Assembly: GCF_001194135.2 (NCBI RefSeq)
Contig: NC_068988.1
Span: 16,668,596 to 16,732,595, forward strand
DNA length: 64,000 nt
Direction: 5' to 3'
From: Octopus bimaculoides
Lineage: Eukaryota
A program made the translations under genes and the position numbers. The first letter of the stretch is position 1, and each line of letters begins with the position of its first letter. Of this stretch, positions 40,290 through 52,990 are shown one piece after another. The notes under the pieces were generated by a model. That model saw nothing but the letters and a program-made list of their open reading frames with translations, did no database searches and was not told the origin of the DNA.

Positions 40290-41420
40290 GTAGTTTCTGT
40301 TGTTGTTGTTGCTGTTTAGGTTGATATTTACTTTAAATCTGTATAGTTGTTGCAATCAGTTGCGAAGACATAACCTGCGTCTTGGAGCAAGTCAAGTTTA
40401 AGAGACGCTACAATGTAACTAAATGTTTGGCGTTATAGCTGTAGCGAAGTACCTCCATATAATACAACACAGACATTTGAATTGATAGGTCTTCTAAGGA
40501 TCTATGTAGTACTAGTCAGCACAATATTTTCGATTTTCGTGAAACAGGGTTCTCCTGAGAAATTGTCTAGATGTTTCTGTCATTTAATTTTTATCATACA
40601 TAGAGGGCCTACAATAACCGGGCAGGTTTTTGCATAAACTGTCACATCCTTTATCTTTCAATTTCCAGGTTCTTATATTTACTAAGTTTGTTAAATTCCT
40701 TTATAGAAGCTTTATTGTTATCAATGGGAAAACTGTTAGTCTACATCTATTTTCTTCCTAGTCTTTAATAATTACGTTTGGTCGATTAGCCTGGATCATT
40801 CATTTAATGTTGTCTGGAAAATCCCAGAGGATGGCGACATTTTTACCTACAAAGAGTGGTTCAGGATGATGCTCATACCAGTTAGTAGGACTGTCTAGTC
40901 TATCGTGGCAAATTTTGTATTCGTTTGGTGTTAGCATAGGACATCCTGAAACAAGATGGTCTATTGTTTTATGAAATGTTTCGCAGAATTTGCATTTAGA
41001 GTCAGTACCATTTTGAAGATCAATAGCCTGATAATTTCTGGTAAGCAAGCTTTGACGGTATGCCGCCAGTATGAAGACTTTAGGCTCTGCTTTCAATCCT
41101 GAATTTCTCAGACGCTGATGGCTTGTTGCATGATCTACATCAGCATATTGATTTCGAAAAATATATTGCTCCTTTAGGGTTTTCTGAGCCCCGCCGCTCC
41201 TCAAATTGTTTCTACCCGTTCTTTTTAGCAGTCAGCTTGATATCTTTTGCTTCCTTGGTGGCAGTGGTTTCAGCTTCTTTATCTAATTCCGGGTTAATGC
41301 CAAATTCCATCGCTACTTTATAAGCTTCCTTGACAATAAAACGTGACGTTTAGCTGCTTTCATGTTCGCACAAAAGTCGTAGCATCCAGTCCTTATACTA
41401 GATAAGTGCCAGTACCTTAT
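40290..41420 (-). mobile_element. 5'-truncated R4/Dong-clade non-LTR retrotransposon (zinc knuckle + restriction-like endonuclease), inactivated
   Basis: ORF 40800-41204 contains LKAE..FILAA..SLLTRNYQ and CKFCETFHKTIDHLVSGC (CX2CX8HX4C, 40994-40941), then NWYEHHPEP..ILWDFP. Downstream broken frames give IQANRPNVIIKD, KLSKYKNLEIE, PVIVGPL and IVLTST..ILRR; upstream gives DWMLRL..EHES. Confidence 0.92.
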
Positions 41421-41432
41421 CTTATTAGTATA

Positions 41433-41502
41433 GTAATAATAATAATAGTAATAGTAATAATAATAATAATAATAATAATTATTATTATTATTATTATTAT
41501 TA
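41433..41502. repeat. (TAA)n-(TTA)n inverted triplet junction
   Basis: TAA run at 41433-41478, then TTA run at 41479-41502, adjacent to the 5' junction of the R4/Dong remnant. Confidence 0.93.
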
Positions 41503-41582
41503 GCTCTGAATTTTTTATTGGTAGTTTCAGATTTCCCAGTTAATTATTTGAAATATATATACATTCATACTTACATATATAT

Positions 41583-41615
<33 letters not shown>

Positions 41616-42519
41616 CANNNNNNNNNNNNNNNNNNNNNNNNNNNNNNNNNNNNNNNNNNNNNNNNNNNNNNNNNNNNNNNNNNNNNNNNNNNNNNNNNNN
41701 NNNNNNNNNNNNNNNNNNNNNNNNNNNNNNNNNNNNNNNNTATATTGGAAGGTTTGGAGGTGATGTACAGGAATTATGTATTAGAAAAAATAATAATCAG
41801 GTACTCAGATGTCTGGATGGTTGTATACTTACAGACTTTTATTCATATGTCACATGTTTTATAAATTGGCGCTTTCACCTTGCCTTGTAGGTTTAGAAAA
41901 TTTTGAGTACACCTTGAGAGAATGTTCCTTTTTATAGTATTATATATATAGTCAATCCAAACATGATCAAAGAAGAAAAAACAACGACGCGAGGACGTGG
42001 AATAAGTACAGTGTTATTGGGCACTCGGGAAAGGAAACAAAAGAAAGAGGAGTGCAAGAGAAGGAGGTATGTGTGTGTGGGGGTATGTGCGTGCGCACAG
42101 GTCTGTGTATGCGTGGGTATGTGTGTGTGTATGTAATAGCACGTGTATGTGCGTGTGTATGTGTATGTGTATGTGTGTGGCTGGACTTAGTATCGTTTAA
42201 GGTAATAGGAAGAATTTATTGTAGGAATTTTGGTAGGGGTGGCTGTCTGTTGTGTCTACCTACACATGTGCGTAGGAGAATGGTCAGTAGAAAGGTACTG
42301 GTTGTTTGAAGTATGCGCGTGCGTGTATGTATATGTAGTGTGTGTGTGTGTTTTGTTTGCAGTGTACGTGTGGGTGAATGTATGTATGTGTGCATATGTG
42401 CGTGTGTGTGTATGTGTGCGTGTGTGTGTATGTGTGTGTGCGTGTGCATTTTGTTCGTGCATGTGCGTGTGTATGTGTGTTTGTGCATGTGTGCGTGAAC
42501 GAGGGCTTGTGTAGGGTAT

Positions 42520-42591
42520 CGCAGGAGTGGCTGTGTGGAAAGTAGCTTGCTTACGAACCACATGGTTCCGGGTTCATTCCCACTGCGTGGC
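42520..42591 (+). mobile_element. SINE family A head (continues into gap)
   Basis: GCAGGAGTGGCTGTGTGGAAAGTAGCTTGCTTACGAACCACATGGTTCCGGGTTCATTCCCACTGCGTGGC is near-identical to 59597-59667. Confidence 0.92.
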
Positions 42592-43868
42592 NNNNNNNNN
42601 NNNNNNNNNNNNNNNNNNNNNNNNNNNNNNNNNNNNNNNNNNNNNNNNNNNNNNNNNNNNNNNNNNNNNNNNNNNNNNNNNNNNNNNNNNNNNNNNNNNN
42701 NNNNNNNNNNNNNNNNNNNNNNNNNNNNNNNNNNNNNNNNNNNNNNNNNNNNNNNNNNNNNNNNNNNNNNNNNNNNNNNNNNNNNNNNNNNNNNNNNNNN
42801 NNNNNNNNNNNNNNNNNNNNNNNNNNNNNNNNNNNNNNNNNNNNNNNNNNNNNNNNNNNNNNNNNNNNNNNNNNNNNNNNNNNNNNNNNNNNNNNNNNNN
42901 NNNNNNNNNNNNNNNNNNNNNNNNNNNNNNNNNNNNNNNNNNNNNNNNNNNNNNNNNNNNNNNNNNNNNNNNNNNNNNNNNNNNNNNNNNNNNNNNNNNN
43001 NNNNNNNNNNNNNNNNNNNNNNNNNNNNNNNNNNNNNNNNNNNNNNNNNNNNNNNNNNNNNNNNNNNNNNNNNNNNNNNTATATATATATATATATATTC
43101 ATATGACGACTGACTTACAACTTGCTGAGCTTCTCATCTTGTTTCCAACATACATCCTCGTTTTATCAACTCCACATTGAATAATAGTGCCTTCCCACTT
43201 CAATTAATCTTTTATAATCAATACTACTCGTATATACTATAAGAATATAATAAATACTTAGCTTCTCCATAAACGCTTAGAATAGAAAAAAAAAAACAAT
43301 TTCGTTTTCCTCTTTATTTATTGTGCTTTCACAAATTTTGGGTTCTGAGTCTACAACGAACGATCACTGTAGACGCAGAATTAATATTTCGCCCAACTGT
43401 CGTATTAGCTAACTGCCATAAAATCTCATTTTTGAGTCTTAGGAAAATAAGCTATCGAAACTGTGTTCCCGGATTTACTCGACATTAACTTAAGGAAGAG
43501 TGAAAACAGGAATTTCTAATAACTTTGTCAGAACTCTTCTTTTTCCAAATATTTTGTAATATAATATGTTCACATTCTGTAGTTTAAAGATTTCCTTTCG
43601 CAAATTACCATTTTTTTTGGTTTCGTGTTTCATATAGTTCTTATATAACATAACAGCCAACATAGAAATATGTAGAAAGCAAAACAAAACAATTGAGTTT
43701 GCTTCTATGACATTCAGTAACATGCTTTCCCTCGACAAAAAATAAATATGTTATATAAGTAAAATCTCATATCACCTGAGACTGCCTAACACTATTTAGT
43801 ATTATTTACTATACATACAGGACTCGACAGCAATTTTTAATCTAATACTTGAACGATTATTACGTACC

Positions 43869-43901
<33 letters not shown>

Positions 43902-44607
43902 TGTATGTATGTATGTATAAGGAAACGCTTCTGCGATTTCAAGTCAAATTTATCTATAGATGTGCCTATAGTTGGAGCTTCACCTCTTTCACCTTTTGTA
44001 TACACTTTATAAAGAGGTCTATTTAAATCTATCTGGATAATAGCAGAGCACTACTCCTTGAAGAAATATACAGCTGCCTTTCTTTGTCAGCCATAGCGCA
44101 CAAAAATGTACGAAATGGTTTGTAGTAATTGTACAAAGAGAAGACACAAACGTACAAAATGATTTGTGAGAATGAATATTTGAATTAATATTTTGAATCA
44201 GATTCGTATATACTTCCTGTTTCACGGAGTAAAAAGTAAGTTCGAAGTGTTCGACATTTTAATCGCAAGTAATCAACGGGTCTACATGGAATCGAATATA
44301 ACTTATTGATGAAAAAAAATATATATCGTCTCATCTAGTCCATCGATTCACGCAGCGCAACTTCATAATTACGAACATTCACAGTTTTATACGAAGTATT
44401 TGAGAGAAATTGCTAAATGAACAGAATCTATTAAGCATCCAATAACAACGAGACACATTTATATTCGTTAGCTTCTCATCAATTAAATGTGCTTAATGGA
44501 ACAATGAAATTTTAAGTAATGGAATTCGTAACCAAACACTTGATAAAATTACTAACACACATACACACACATGCCTACATCTGTCTATATACATATATAT
44601 ATATACC

Positions 44608-44650
<43 letters not shown>

Positions 44651-46310
44651 NNNNNNNNNNNNNNNNNNNNNNNNNNNNNNNNNNNNNNNNNNNNNNNNNN
44701 NNNNNNNNNNNNNNNNNNNNNNNNNNNNNNNNNNNNNNNNNNNNNNNNNNNNNNNNNNNNNNNNNNNNNNNNNNNNNNNNNNNNNNNNNNNNNNNNNNNN
44801 NNNNNNNNNNNNNNNNNNNNNNNNNNNNNNNNNNNNNNNNNNNNNNNNNNNNNNNNNNNNNNNNNNNNNNNNNNNNNNNNNNNNNNNNNNNNNNNNNNNN
44901 NNNNNNNNNNNNNNNNNNNNNNNNNNNNNNNNNNNNNNNNNNNNNNNNNNNNNNNNNNNNNNNNNNNNNNNNNNNNNNNNNNNNNNNNNNNNNNNNNNNN
45001 NNNNNNNNNNNNNNNNNNNNNNNNNNNNNNNNNNNNNNNNNNNNNNNNTTTTTTCAAATGAATTACGTTATAACCTTATCCAACTATAGTTCTCATACTC
45101 GGTCATAATGTCTTACGTTTAAGATGATCCCCATACATTTCCCTGAGAAATTTACATTTTTAACATCGACGATTCCTATGGATCGCATAAATTGTAATTT
45201 TTCGAAACATATGTCGGAATAAAGTATGCAGTTATAACATGCGTTCACATCATTCCTTAAATTTATATATACTCAAATACCCAAAATATCAAGGCGTTTC
45301 TGCCTCAAAAACAGGAATTACACCACAGTTATTTTGTGATCTTTGCTACCCTGGTTTTTATTAACTCATTTATTCTATCCGAATTATTATTAATTAGGAT
45401 AAAATAAATACATATAATTTAAATATATATATATATATATATATATGTATTGGATTGGTGCATAATTAACAGTCATTTTCAAAAGTTATTAATTATTACC
45501 TAAAGTATAAAACTGTCGTTTTGTTCAAATTGAGTTCTGCACAAAGCGAAGACCCCCACGAAGAAAAGACCCTGTGATGAATGTTTAGTATATCCTAGTG
45601 GCAAATGATGGAGCTTTAGGCCCTCCGCCCTTTTTGGTTAGGACTGGCGTATACGCGAAGAATAAAGTATCAATTTTCAACTTTTTCAGAATAGAAGACC
45701 CCACTGACAATTCTCTAATTGGGCCCCGTACTTCCTAGCGCCTCCCCTGCATACACACACACACACACACACAGAAACACACACACATGTACATATATGG
45801 ATATGTATGTACGCAGATACATACATAAATTCATGATACATACATGCATACATAAATACATATTTGCATACATATACATACATCCATGCACACTCGTACG
45901 TACACAAATCACACACATGCTTGTATATACATGCTAAGTCCTTCCTGAATGCGTGCTAAGAGCCCAAGGCTAATTAATGCCAATGGTAAATCAGATCGGA
46001 ATAAAACTCAAGGCCAATTGACATTACTCAGCTGAAAGGGCAGATGAAGACGTAATGATTGCAATATGCCTGGAGTCTATATTCCCAGCAAAGCTCATAA
46101 AGTAAATTCAGAATTTGCACTGGAAAAACTCAAATAAAACGCATGACAAGATATGGTAACCGAATTCCGCCTAAATGTATTTGATATATTAACAGGGAAG
46201 GTATGCATTGGAAAATGTAAGTTCCGGTTATACTGAAAACAACAGAATAGTCACAGCAGCAATTATGAATACAATACTTATGTATGTATGTATGTATGTA
46301 TGTATGTATG

Positions 46311-46773
46311 TCATTCAGTTTATTTCAAGAATTCCTGCCAGTGGAGAAAGATCCAAGGTTCCTTGATTGGAATTTCAACACCAATACCAGAGTATTTTTG
46401 TTTGTTTCTTTCTATGTATGTATGTATGTACGCTGCATGCATGCATGCATATATGTATGTATGTATGTAAGTATGGCCCAAGTATATGCTTGTGCAGATT
46501 TGTATGTTGTATGTATGTTTACTCATGCATATAGTTGCATAGCTTGACATGCTCATATATATTTAAATGATAAAATTCTGGAAAGTTTTACAGACTTTTA
46601 CAGTTCCTGTGATGGATTAGATCTGTAGTCTTCGAATTAGCTTTCTCGCTTTGAGACACCTAATTTCTCAAGATTGCTATCTAGACAATGTGTTACATAT
46701 CCCAGATTTCCAATAATTACAGGTATAAACTTGAACTTGTAATCTGGAGAGAGTAACTGCAGATTTCTCAATA
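46311..46773 (-). mobile_element. 3' end of a second RLE-type non-LTR retrotransposon with (CATA)n flank
   Basis: Minus-strand LRNLQLLSPDYKFKFIPVIIGNLGYVTHCLDSNLEKLG, then after a frameshift KLIRRLQI*SITGTVKVCKTFQNFII* (stop at 46565-46563). The IPVIIG.LG motif parallels PVIVGPL of the 40.3-41.4 kb element; (TATG)n lies at 46279-46311. Confidence 0.78.
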
Positions 46774-46815
46774 TATATTGTGCACGTAATACATATGTAT
46801 ACATACGCATACGTA

Positions 46816-46886
<71 letters not shown>

Positions 46887-48308
46887 TTGTGTGTGTGTGC
46901 GTGCGTGTATGTGTGCGCGCGTGCGCTTGTGTGTTTCTATATATGTGTTTATATTTGTGTATGCATGTACATATATGTATATTTGTGTGTATATCTATAT
47001 ATACTCTTGAAATATTACACAGTAAATAATGAATATATGTATAGATTATGCTAAGCTAAATAATAATTGCTCAAACACATATTCAATATTTTCATATTAT
47101 ATATATATATGCAAACATGTAAACAAAAAAGTCGTCCATAAGCCAGAACGTTTTAGGTAAAAGAAAATCAAATTTAGAAGGGAAAGAAACTTGGAAGTTA
47201 AATCATATTGACGTGTATTTCTATGTAAATCACATGGCTAAAGATATCAGCTGTCAAATTACTTTAGCTATATCTTCATTAGTTTGGTATGTGACAACTA
47301 ATAATGATAAAGTAGATGAGAAACTCATAAATGTTAAGGTTAGGTCATGTTTCTAGCGCTGATTTACTTCTTTCGTTGTGATTTTTGTTGTTCGTGTTTT
47401 GAGTGTATATTCTATTTTCTTCTTTTATGGAGAATTTAACTATATATATCTAACGCTTTGCATGACGTGAATAATACAAGTAGCAATCTGAAATATTAGA
47501 TGTTGCTCATATTCTATAAGTAGTGTAACTATAACTAAGTGAAATCTTATTTTGTAACAAGTATTGTTTGGTGTGAGATTGTATTTCTAACTAAATATAG
47601 TTGTCATTTTTCAACATTCTTTCTAAATGGAAAAACAATCACAAACTTAATGGCGAGTGATTTTGAGGAGTTATATTAATATATATGCCACTGGACATTT
47701 CAGGTATGGTATTAAAATGTATAGCCATATGTGCGATGACGATTTTGCGTGTGCGTCACATAATTTGAAAGTTCGATCATTCCCAGAAATTTGAGATTAA
47801 TATAAATATCTACTGACTTATAAACGTCGTGTTGCATTGCAATGAAAATACGGTTTAGAAGTATGTTAGATTAAATCAAATCAGGTACTTATTGTTATTT
47901 ATCCATCTGATAAGAGTGCAATACTAAGTCGATGCCTTAATAACGGAACTGTTAAAACCCACAAAAGCTAAAATTCTTACAGAGTGCTGTATTAAGTTAA
48001 GCATCGCTGATATCTCTGTATAATGATAAAGAGGCACATGATCTCATTAGATTATGTGCCCTTGAATAGCAGATCCTATGAGTCGCCTATATTAAAAACA
48101 GTAATAATAGACTTGAAATCAATGGTAATACTGCTCAGAAAAACACTTTTTAGAGAGTGCTTTTTTCGGACTTATGAACACCTGACCGATTCTTCACGAT
48201 CCCTGGTCGCAGAATGTGTCGCAATAGGCTACCATGTGGTTTGAGCTTTATAGCTGCTGCATCGGTTGTGCGCATGTAACTTGTCACAAAAACAGTCTCT
48301 TTACAAAC

Positions 48309-49415
48309 ATGGAATTTTACGTTGTTTATAACACAACGAAAATTATACGCACACCATCAATCGAACTAAGCATGTGGATGCAAGTTAAGAAGTCTGTCGA
48401 CATTATAAGGCGCATGAGATGGGAGACATACTTCTATGACCAAGCTTCATAATCGTCAGGGGCAAAAAAGGTACACTTCATATCCTGCAGTTCCTCACCC
48501 AGAACTACAGGGCATAATCACCAAACTGAGATTCCGTAAGTTCTCCAACCCTATCCAGCGCAAGGTTTCTTCCAATATATGACTACTAAAAATACAGATA
48601 GGGTTTTACTGATCTCTGATAAAATATTAGTAAATAAATAAATAAACAAAACATGTAAATGCTATGATAGGCTGTTAGATAATATCATCGTACAAGATTA
48701 TTGATGGACTTCTCTGCACACATACGATAGTATAAGTAACAGACCCGATTAGCTATCCAGCAATCTAGAGATAGCCTTTAGTTTCGAGTTGTTAGCGAAG
48801 AGAAATACTTTTATCAACATTAAAAGATCACAAATTTAACTTCACTTCCAACGTCAAATGCTAATCGATTAACCCACCAAAATTGGAAATCGAGCTGACA
48901 AGCATATTTTGAGAAAGATCAACGATGACATAAAGATAACACGCAGTGTATCTTTATAGCGTAATTCCAATGAATGTATCTCATGGTTTAAGGCAAACCA
49001 GGGTAGAGGCTGAGCCAGGTTCTCTTAATTCGATATAGTAGGTTTACAACCGTTTATATCGATCGGGTTACTAGTTGAGGTGCTTATGTTCGCTAGGAAA
49101 TTTGCTGACGTTAGTGATATGGATATAAAAGTAATAATGCAGGCTAGAAAAATCCTGCAGTTGAATAAAGGATGGGCCTGTGTTACACCAACTAAGCCAG
49201 TAGGCTCCCTGAACATGGCAATTGGAGAATTCAACAGTGCGAAAATCCGCAATTTCATGGGATGATGTATACTGGTGACCGTAAAGGAAATTTCCCGCCA
49301 CTCTTGCGGTGGAAATGGACAAACCTTAGATAAACTTAGGAAGCACCTAATTCACACGCTTAACACCCTTGGTCTTAAGATTAAAATTGATACCAATCTT
49401 GCCATAATTAACTTT
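48309..49415 (+). mobile_element. Penelope-like element (PLE) N-terminal and RT remnant, inactivated
   Basis: Ordered PLE motifs across stops and frameshifts: IIRRMRW (48411-48422), LRFRKFSN..SDK, YDRLL, LAKRNTFINIKDHK.NF...KC.SINPPK, RNSNECISWFK, FDIV (49029), ISDMD-like VSDMDIKVIMQARK, AIGEFNSAKIRNFMG, LGLKIKIDTNL.IINF. The YRDD segment is deleted and no GIY-YIG domain is present. Confidence 0.9.
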
Positions 49416-51251
49416 TACATATTACGCTGTTAAATCGATCCACAGATGTACATACACACACACACATATATATGTACATATACATATATATATATGCATT
49501 CAAACATTGCCCCACACACAGATGCATGCACACACTAATACACACTTGCATGTATACTTAACTTCATTACGTGAATGCGAACATTGTTTTCCGTTTATAT
49601 CCTCCATATTCTAAGTCCCTTTCTCTCTAACGTGTGTGACCATATTGATTTTCACTTTCACTGGTTCACCCAGGGCGATAGATTCAAAATTGTTTAGACC
49701 GATATCCCGTTGCTGTTTTGCTTCTGGTGTCTATGACTGAAGCGAGGTAATTCTTGTTGAATTTCCCTTTATTATCATGCTCCCCCTCGATCTTCACTGG
49801 TATATACCTATACTTGCGTTTGCTTGTATGTTCATGCGTGTATTTGAGTGTTTGTATGTCCTTGCGTTTTGTAGTGTTGTGTGTGTATGTGTATCTGCGT
49901 GCGCATTTGCAAGCGTTGAGAAAGTGACGTATTTTTAACGCCAAGTAACTTAATAGATGCCATTTATTAATGTATATATATTTCTCTGATACCACTGTAA
50001 TATATAGAGTGTTAACTTTAAAACAGCTGAATATTTTAAAATGTTACTGACAATTTGTATTTTGTTTTGTATTTTTCAGGTAACAATTCTTCATATTTGG
50101 TTTGCGTTTTCAGAAATACAATGCTGTTTTTATATGTCAGGTATTTATTAATTGTAATGAAGCAATAATGTTCGTTTCGTCTCTGATAGCTTGATTGTGT
50201 TGTTGCTGATTCTCGCAAAACATGTATTGTGGGCATAAAATGGTGAATCATCCAAATAAAAATTTAACGACGCTATCGTTGTACACAATGTAAACTAGAT
50301 TCTCATGTATGATGAAATTCAGTTACATAACAAAAAGCTGTGTATACTGTGGTAGCAAACTAGAGCGTACTTATCTAACGTGACATGAGTATAGTCGAGA
50401 GACTTCTATGGTGTTCTGTTTCCCCCGCCATGCCGCTCTGAATGACATAATTAGAAGGGGTCTCAAAAATTTAAGGAACGATTAGGCTTCTCTTACACTC
50501 CATTATATTTTCTTCTCAATACAACACTTATAACTGTACGTGAATTTTATCAGAAGATTTGAATTACAAGATAATACTACTTACAAAACTATATACCTAA
50601 GGATCAGAATGTAATAAAAGAAATTGATATTAAATTTAACATTAAACTAATTATAAATATAATTGTATGCTGCTATTATCGTTCCATGAACAACTATGCA
50701 TCATTTAAAAAAAAAATGTTTTCTTAATCTGATGTCAGTATTAAAGATACACAAGGCCCATTATTGGAGGTTGTACAAGTAAATATAAATGTAAAATACA
50801 TGAAAGGCACATAATTCTTTCGACGTTTTCATGTTTCTTATGCGATGAACCATAACAGTAACAAATGGTCATTCTTTTTAGTGCTAAATCCATTAAAGAT
50901 TTTGGACAAGGCACACTGCATAATAATACAATATTGTATAGCAAAATCTTTTGTTTCCACACAATGGAACGTCTTCGAAATAAAATAACGAAACAAACTT
51001 TGTTCCAACCGTTGGGGGCAAACATCAAGTTTTAAGTGACTGGTGAAGTATGATGTGAAGAAAATATTGATTGAATCGTACCTTCGGAATTTAATTCCAT
51101 TCGATTTGAATCTCTGAAATGTTCCATCTGTTTTGTAGAAAAAGTATTGGGAGAGAATATGTAACATACTTATTTTGATATTTCATACGCCGTTATGAGA
51201 ATATTAGTATTATGTGGTTGTTACGTTTGTTTCATTTATACATACCACTAA

Positions 51252-51320
<69 letters not shown>

Positions 51321-51404
51321 NNNNNNNNNNNNNNNNNNNNNNNNNNNNNNNNNNNNNNNNNNNNNNNNNNNNNNNNNNNNNNNNNNNNNNNNNNNNATAT
51401 ATAT

Positions 51405-51526
51405 ATTCCAACATTTTGCTAATATCACGGTCCTATCCTTTCATCTATACAATACAAATGTATATGTATAGGTATACTTATGTATAGACGAAAGATAGGA
51501 TCGTGATAATAGCGAGATATCGGAAT
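51405..51526. repeat. Imperfect inverted repeat (47/46-nt arms, 29-nt AT-rich spacer), MITE-like
   Basis: 51405-51451 versus the reverse complement of 51481-51526: about 39/47 identical, with differences mostly transitions. Confidence 0.85.
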
Positions 51527-51618
51527 TGACTAAACATCGAAGATCGTGTATCGAGTGCTTTTATTCTCACTTTTTGCAAACAAGTTCAAGACACACAGTC
51601 CCACATACATATGCGCTT

Positions 51619-51619
<1 letters not shown>

Positions 51620-51671
<52 letters not shown>

Positions 51672-51722
51672 CGTCTACCTATCTATCTAGTTATCTATCT
51701 ATCTATCTATCTATCGATTTAC

Positions 51723-51802
<80 letters not shown>

Positions 51803-51804
51803 TC

Positions 51805-51878
<74 letters not shown>
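51620..51878. repeat. (TATC)n microsatellite, about 260 bp, followed by (CA)n
   Basis: Long ATCT array with few interruptions; source of the IYLS pseudo-ORFs. Confidence 0.97.
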
Positions 51879-51900
51879 GTATCTCTATGTTTGCACACCC

Positions 51901-51956
<56 letters not shown>

Positions 51957-52579
51957 TATATGTATGTGTATATATCTGCATATATATGTATGTATGATTC
52001 GTATACATTTATACGTTCATATAACTTTATATATTTACATCAGTCTACATTACTTCATTTTATATATTTGTATTTTTTTTCACCATTCACATTCAGGCCC
52101 ATCTTCTATATGAAAAATCAATATTTTCTTAAAAACATATAATGTAGGTTTGCGTCTTGTCGTTACAGATTGATTTTTATATTTTGCTTCTCTTTCCACA
52201 CTTATTCCTCACCAAGATCTGCATCTTTACTTTATATCTCATTATACAAAAATCTGTCTATATCTAAAGGAGTCGTGTGAAGAACAGAAGCAAAAGGAAG
52301 TAAACTCAGGTCAGGAAATATCAAAACAAAGCTATTATTTCGAAGACAAAAAGACGCCACAAGGTGGTTTCATAAAAAAGCATGTGGATAAAAAAAATGA
52401 AAAATTAACCAACACGAAATGGTAGCATAGATGAGAAGACAGAACGGAAGAAGGCAGATTCAGCTCCAGTAAAGGAAGTAAATATGACAAAGCATATAAC
52501 TAGAGAAAGGAGGATAGGCAAATGCAAGAAAACACATTTCGATAATATTCATAAGAAATATGAAGATATTCATATCTTC

Positions 52580-52790
52580 TTACTTTTTATCCTTTACTTG
52601 TGTCAGTCGTTTGACTGCGGCCGTGCAGGTGCAGAACCTTGAACGGTTTTAGTCGAACAGATCGACCCCAGGACTTATTGTCTTTAAAAACCTAGTACAT
52701 ATTCTAACAGGCCCGATTGCTGAACCGCTAGGTTATGTGTACTTTAATACAGAAGCACCAGTTGCCAACCGGTTTTAGGACGAAACTCCG
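52580..52790 (-). mobile_element. SINE family A, 3' half
   Basis: Reverse complement matches 59805-60000 (GAATATGTACTAGG...AATAAGTCCTGGGGTCGATCTGTTCGACTAAA...CCGCAGTCAAACGACTGACACAAGTAAAGG). Confidence 0.85.
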
Positions 52791-52941
52791 GCATTCCAAG
52801 CGGGACTTACCTGAATCGCAAAGCTACACAAACACATAAACACAACCACATACACACAAATACACGCACACACGCACGTACGCACAAACACACAAACAAA
52901 CACAAGCACATTTATGCACAGACACATTCACACACACACAA

Positions 52942-52990
<49 letters not shown>

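Noticed and set aside
52803-52830. Perfect minus-strand donor CAG|GTAAGT with a 13-nt upstream 'microexon'; the plus strand reads ACTTACCTG like the U1 5' end
   Set aside because: The match is only 9 nt, the length is frame-shifting, and it lies at a SINE/microsatellite junction; chance level.
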